NCBI GenBank assembly: GCA_038204425.1 | Contig: JBBRCZ010000003.1 | Coordinates: 32,001 to 96,000 of the forward strand | DNA length: 64,000 bases | Reading direction: 5' to 3' | Source of the DNA: Spirochaetia bacterium | GTDB lineage: Bacteria; Spirochaetota; Spirochaetia; DSM-27196; Salinispiraceae | Part shown: positions 60,124 through 64,000 of the stretch, piece by piece | Numbering within the stretch: position 1 is the first letter of the stretch | How the letters are laid out: each line of letters opens with the position of its first letter | Notes under the pieces: generated by a model | Database searches by the model: none | Seen by the model: only the letters and a program-made list of their open reading frames with translations | Told to the model about the DNA's origin: nothing | Made by a program: the position numbers and the translations under genes

Positions 60124-60156
60124 ATGGGTAGATTATTGCAACTATAATCTACCCAT
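60124..60156. terminator. Hairpin between convergent ftsK and tRNA-Thr
   Basis: 13-bp stem ATGGGTAGATTAT-tgcaact-ATAATCTACCCAT. Confidence 0.7.
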
Positions 60157-60172
60157 TTAGCGCTCTTTATTT

Positions 60173-60244
60173 AGCCACAGCGGGGAATCGGACCCCGGAC
60201 CTACGCTTTACGAGAGCGTCGCTCTACCCCTGAGCTACTGTGGC
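60173..60244 (-). tRNA. tRNA-Thr(CGU)
   Basis: Reverse complement: GCCACAG TA GCTC AGGGGTA GAGC G ACGCT CTCGTAA AGCGT AGGTC CGGGG TCCGATT CCCCG CTGTGGC T; CCA not encoded. Confidence 0.93.
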
Positions 60245-60294
60245 AGGCGCAGGTATACTAAACCAAAAAATCACCATCGTCCATACGTGTTTTG

Positions 60295-60324
60295 CTAATG
60301 CTAAGAGCCCATCTTTGCCGATAA
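60295..60324 (+). promoter_or_regulatory. Probable sigma28 (FliA) promoter of the rod operon
   Basis: Perfect -10 element GCCGATAA (60317-60324), 7 nt before the flgF ATG; -35 element only partial (CTAAT/CTAAG, spacing off consensus). Confidence 0.55.
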
Positions 60325-60331
60325 CTAAGCT

Positions 60332-61198
60332 ATGATACGAGGACTATATACCGGAGCCAGTGGCATGGTGGCCCAACAAGCTAGACTTGACACTATTTCT
60401 AACAACCTTGCCAACGTCGATACCACCGGCTACAAAGCCGATCAATCTATTCATAAGGCGTTTCCCCAGCTCTTATTGCGTAGAATGAATACTAATGTGG
60501 TTGGCATTCCGCCCAGTGGCAACATGCCACTTATGGGTTCTGTTGACAAGGCGCCTGTGGTAGGCAAGCTTGGTACGGGCGTAGAACACAATGAAGTTTT
60601 TACACTCTATCAACAAGGAGCCATGAAAGAAACCAAAAACCCGTTTGATATAGCTCTCAACGGCAGTGGTTTTTTTACCGTTATGACGCCTGACGGTGAG
60701 CGCCTGACGCGCAATGGCAGCTTTATGCTTGGCCCCGAGGGTTTGATAGTCAGCAAAGAGGGTTTTCCATTAATGGGCGAAAACGGCCCCTTACAGATGA
60801 AGCTCAATAACGTCGTAATTGATGAAGACGGCAAAGTGTTTCAAAACAATAAGTTTGCCTTTGATCTTCGCAGATTGGTGTCTATGCAGGAGAATGAGTG
60901 GGAAGACACAATTATGGCTGACAGGCTCAAAATGGTTCAAGTTGAGCAACCGAGGTACTTACAAAAACAAGGTAGCAGTCTCTACAACACCAACGAACAT
61001 TCTGGCGAAGCATTTATAATTCCTGATGATAATAGACCCAAGGTAATACAAGGCTTTCTCGAAGCATCAAATGTAAATCCAGTCAGTGAAATGGTCAAAA
61101 TGATTGAAGTTAATCGCGCCTATGAGGCATGTCAAAAGGTTATTCAGTCAGAAGACCAAGCGAGTGAAAAATTATTAAACCAGGTCTTCAAGGTCTGA
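60332..61198 (+). CDS. flgF: Flagellar basal-body rod protein FlgF (FlhO/FlgG paralogue)
   Basis: GLYTGASGM, SNNLANVDTTGYK, TRNGSF, LEASNVNPVSEMVKMI. Confidence 0.88.
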   Translation: MIRGLYTGASGMVAQQARLDTISNNLANVDTTGYKADQSIHKAFPQLLLRRMNTNVVGIPPSGNMPLMGSVDKAPVVGKLGTGVEHNEVFTLYQQGAMKETKNPFDIALNGSGFFTVMTPDGERLTRNGSFMLGPEGLIVSKEGFPLMGENGPLQMKLNNVVIDEDGKVFQNNKFAFDLRRLVSMQENEWEDTIMADRLKMVQVEQPRYLQKQGSSLYNTNEHSGEAFIIPDDNRPKVIQGFLEASNVNPVSEMVKMIEVNRAYEACQKVIQSEDQASEKLLNQVFKV

Positions 61199-61210
61199 TA
61201 GGAGTTAGCT

Positions 61211-62005
61211 ATGGTACGATCACTGTGGACCGCTGCATCCGGCATGACTGCGCAGCAATTTAATATTGATACGATTTCAAACAACCTTTCAAACGTCAAT
61301 ACTAGTGGCTTTAAGAAGAACCGAGCGGATTTTGAAGACTTGCTCTACCAGACAAGTCGAAGCGCCGGTACGCCAGCGACTGAGTTTACTTTGGTTCCCG
61401 TAGGGGTTCAGGTTGGTCACGGTGTCAGAGTTGCAGCTACCCAAAAGCTGCATACTCAAGGTTCGTTACAAAACACCAACAATGTCAGTGATATTGCTAT
61501 CCAGGGTGAAGGTATGTTTAAAGTTCTGCTCTACGATGGGACCTTTGGTTACACCCGCGACGGTGCATTTAAAATTGATGCTAATGGCCAGTTCGTTTCT
61601 TCAAACGGCTATCGACTAATGCCTGAGATCACCTTACCAGAAGGGTTCTTGCGAGAGACGATTTCCGTTGACCAACGTGGTGAGGTTACCTGCAAAATCC
61701 CGGGTAGGGACGACCCTATAGTGGTTGGCCAGTTAGAACTCAATCGCTTTGTCAACCCAGCAGGTCTACAAGCCATTGGGCAGAATCTACTCAAGGTAAC
61801 TAGCGCATCAGGTGAACCGATAAGCGGCAGACCCGGCTATGACGGCATGGGTCAGACAGTGCACCGATTTTTGGAGATGTCCAACGTAGAAATAGTGCAG
61901 GAAATGGTAAGCATGATTGTTGCCCAGCGAGCTTATGAGTTTAACTCAAAGACTATTCAAGCTAGCGACAACATGCTCGGCATTGCAGCCAACCTCAAGC
62001 GTTAA
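61211..62005 (+). CDS. flgG: Flagellar distal rod protein FlgG
   Basis: MVRSLWTAASGM, NNLSNVNTSGFK, FEDLLYQ, YTRDG, LEMSNV, QRAYEFNSK. Confidence 0.95.
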   Translation: MVRSLWTAASGMTAQQFNIDTISNNLSNVNTSGFKKNRADFEDLLYQTSRSAGTPATEFTLVPVGVQVGHGVRVAATQKLHTQGSLQNTNNVSDIAIQGEGMFKVLLYDGTFGYTRDGAFKIDANGQFVSSNGYRLMPEITLPEGFLRETISVDQRGEVTCKIPGRDDPIVVGQLELNRFVNPAGLQAIGQNLLKVTSASGEPISGRPGYDGMGQTVHRFLEMSNVEIVQEMVSMIVAQRAYEFNSKTIQASDNMLGIAANLKR

Positions 62006-62028
62006 GCTTGGTGATTAAGGATTAAACT

Positions 62029-62352
62029 ATGGCAGGAATCGGCGACGCGTTATCTAAGTTTCAGACAAACTACCAGGATTCGAGTCTTGGCAACATCAAT
62101 GCAAGCGACAAAGACAAGCTGCGCGAGGCTGGCGTGGAGTTTGAAGCCATATTTGTCAAAATGATGCTCGATAGCATGCGAAAAAACGAGAACAAAAAAG
62201 ACCGATTGATTGACGGCGGCATGGCAGAAGAGATTTTTGAAGATATGCTTTATACAGAATACTCTCGCAAAATGGCCAAGGTTGGCAATTTTGGCATTGC
62301 CGAAGCGATTGTGCGCCAATACGAAAGATCCACTCCCTCCAAGACATACTGA
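62029..62352 (+). CDS. flgJ: Single-domain FlgJ (rod-binding domain only, no muramidase)
   Basis: LREAGVEFEAIFVKMMLDSMRK, EEIFEDML, FGIAEAIVRQ. Confidence 0.9.
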   Translation: MAGIGDALSKFQTNYQDSSLGNINASDKDKLREAGVEFEAIFVKMMLDSMRKNENKKDRLIDGGMAEEIFEDMLYTEYSRKMAKVGNFGIAEAIVRQYERSTPSKTY

Positions 62353-62386
62353 CGCTATTCAATTTGAATAGATTGGCAATAAGATC

Positions 62387-62420
62387 GACCCTATGCATTG
62401 TGCATAGGGTCTTTTTCTTT
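62387..62420 (+). terminator. Rho-independent terminator after flgJ
   Basis: GACCCTATGCA-ttg-TGCATAGGGTC followed by TTTTTCTTT. Confidence 0.85.
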
Positions 62421-62555
62421 GCTGCAATGCAGAATGCATAGGATAGGTACGCCGGGCAGGCGCAAAATAAAAACTGAGAAAGTTTCACTATATGGTAGAT
62501 GATTTAAATCATTATTGTATAACAGTATACATAATAATTCTGACGGTAGTAATTC

Positions 62556-62572
62556 TTGGCACGAAAACTGCA
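62556..62572 (+). promoter_or_regulatory. sigma54 (RpoN) -24/-12 promoter
   Basis: TTGGCACGAAAACTGCA: TGGCACG-N4-cTGCA with GG-N10-GC spacing, ending 22 nt before the sigma factor ATG. Confidence 0.85.
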
Positions 62573-62594
62573 ATAGATTAGCGGGGGTCAAACA

Positions 62595-63434
62595 ATGACT
62601 GCAAGTAAAAACATGATGACAAGCCTTGATGATGGTTTGGATGAATACTTTCTCCAAATTAGAAAATATACGCTGCTTAATTTTGAGACTGAACTTGAAC
62701 TTTCTAGACAAATTGAACAGGGCGATGAGGCAGCCAAGCTGAGATTGATCCAATGCAACCTTAGACTGGTTGTTAAGATTGCTCGTCAGTACTTAACTAG
62801 TGGAATAAACTTGTTGGACTTGATCCAAGAAGGTAACTTGGGACTTATGCATGCTGCCGAGAAGTATGACTATCGCCATGGAGCAAAGTTTTCTTCATAT
62901 GCCTCTTGGTGGATTAAACAAGCAGTAGTTAGAGCAATAAGTAACAAAAAGCGAGCAATTCGTCTGCCTCATCGCAAGGAAGAACTTTTGAGAAACCTCA
63001 ATCGTTCTTTTTCAAGACTCAGTCAGGACTTGATGCGAAAACCAAGTATGCAAGAACTTGCAAGTGACTTAGGCATATCGCTTGAAGAAGCGCACCAAGT
63101 ATTGAGCGTTGGAGCGACACCCCTGAGTATGGATTCGGAATTCGACGACGACGCTTTAAACATGCACGATGTTTGCCAAGACTTTACCTATGCACCAGAA
63201 CGTATAATGGAACACGACCTAGTAAAAGAGCAAATTAACCAGCTTTTGAGTAAACTGGAACAGCGAGAACAACTTGTGCTTCGTCATCGCTACGCCTTGG
63301 GTGGCGACCGCAAAGAAACTCTTAAAGACCTGAGTGCTCGCATGGGAGTAAGTCCCGAAACCATTCGTCAAATAGAAATGAAGGCCATAAAAAAAATGCG
63401 AGAAATTAGCCTAAATCAGCTAGAACTTGCCTAA
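62595..63434 (+). CDS. rpoS: RpoS-like (group 2) sigma70-family sigma factor
   Basis: Region 1.2 (YFLQIRKYTLL), NLRLVVKIARQY, DLIQEGNLGL, FSSYASWWIKQAV, IRLP, region 4 (ETIRQIEMKA); no region 1.1; follows flgJ. Confidence 0.75.
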   Translation: MTASKNMMTSLDDGLDEYFLQIRKYTLLNFETELELSRQIEQGDEAAKLRLIQCNLRLVVKIARQYLTSGINLLDLIQEGNLGLMHAAEKYDYRHGAKFSSYASWWIKQAVVRAISNKKRAIRLPHRKEELLRNLNRSFSRLSQDLMRKPSMQELASDLGISLEEAHQVLSVGATPLSMDSEFDDDALNMHDVCQDFTYAPERIMEHDLVKEQINQLLSKLEQREQLVLRHRYALGGDRKETLKDLSARMGVSPETIRQIEMKAIKKMREISLNQLELA

Positions 63435-63471
63435 CTTGACCTAAGCTGCCCTTGGACTCTACACTTGGCGG

Positions 63472-64000
63472 GTGATAAGTCGCCTTGTAGGTCATTTTCT
63501 AGTTTGTACAACGTTTTGTTTTGCTTTTTTTTTGACAGGCTGTGAGCGGCAAATTAACAAAGCCGGCCCTAGTACTCTCACCGATGTTGAGCCCAGCTAT
63601 ACTTCCTTAGTGCAGGCAACTAGCACTATCGGCTCTGCCAGCACAAGTTCTAGCACAAGTTCTAGTCTTACTCGCCACCCAAACAAATCCGATCGACCAG
63701 TGCTTTATATTGTTCTGGATGATGTCGGGCACAACATGAGCGATACTGCGCGTTTTCTTGACCTTCCTATAGCACTAACCTTTGCGATACTTCCAGATCT
63801 AAAGTATACTCAAATCCTTGCGCAGTTAATTGCACAGACTAAGCATGGTGTAATCCTGCACCAGCCTATGCAGCCGGTTTCCAAGCAAAACCCCGGTCCA
63901 GGTGTCATCAAGCGCGGTATGTCTAAGGAAGAAGTCGAGCGAATTCTTGAAAAAAATAGTGCGCAGTTGGGAGCAATCCAAGCTATTAATAATCATATGG
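63472..64000 (+). CDS. Divergent polysaccharide deacetylase (YibQ-like) lipoprotein, 3' end outside the window
   Basis: Translated by hand from GTG 63472: lipobox LTG-C, Ser/Thr tether, YIVLDDVGH, LTFAILP, ILHQPMQP, INNHM; upstream TTGACC-18-TACACT. Confidence 0.88.
   Translation, partial: MISRLVGHFLVCTTFCFAFFLTGCERQINKAGPSTLTDVEPSYTSLVQATSTIGSASTSSSTSSSLTRHPNKSDRPVLYIVLDDVGHNMSDTARFLDLPIALTFAILPDLKYTQILAQLIAQTKHGVILHQPMQPVSKQNPGPGVIKRGMSKEEVERILEKNSAQLGAIQAINNHM

Noticed and set aside
1..64000. CRISPR arrays, IS elements, prophage, retrons or rRNA
   Set aside because: No repeat-spacer periodicity and no transposase, integrase, reverse transcriptase, phage structural gene or rRNA-like sequence seen

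Overview
This is a chromosomal, mostly housekeeping window from a spirochete (Spirochaetia). The assignment rests on a TatT-TatP-DctQM (TPAT) transporter, def-fmt followed by a PASTA-only gene, many lipoproteins, a single-domain FlgJ with no flgI/flgA, and an flgF-flgG-flgJ-rpoS-divergent polysaccharide deacetylase block. It holds about 55 CDS, two tRNAs (Leu-UAA, Thr-CGU) and several terminators. I see no CRISPR array, transposase, integrase or prophage. Two genes missing from the ORF track were read directly: a 52-aa rubredoxin (29295-29453) and a partial divergent polysaccharide deacetylase (63472 to the window end). The most notable signals are: (i) an RpoS-like sigma factor with a clear sigma54 promoter and AT-rich palindromes, in the gene order I recall for the Borrelia RpoN-RpoS locus, in a genome carrying biosynthetic genes (metH, ilvD, fabF, lipA); (ii) widespread leaderless promoter architecture; (iii) a SahR-like operator over the metH -35 element, followed by an atypical rubredoxin and a secreted thioredoxin fused to two unrecognised domains; (iv) a TPAT transporter flanked by two alpha/beta hydrolases; (v) a membrane-anchored TPR protein with a degenerate Mrr-like nuclease domain, divergent from a membrane-anchored Hsp70-substrate-binding-like protein. 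All family assignments come from motif recognition by eye; no searches were run.
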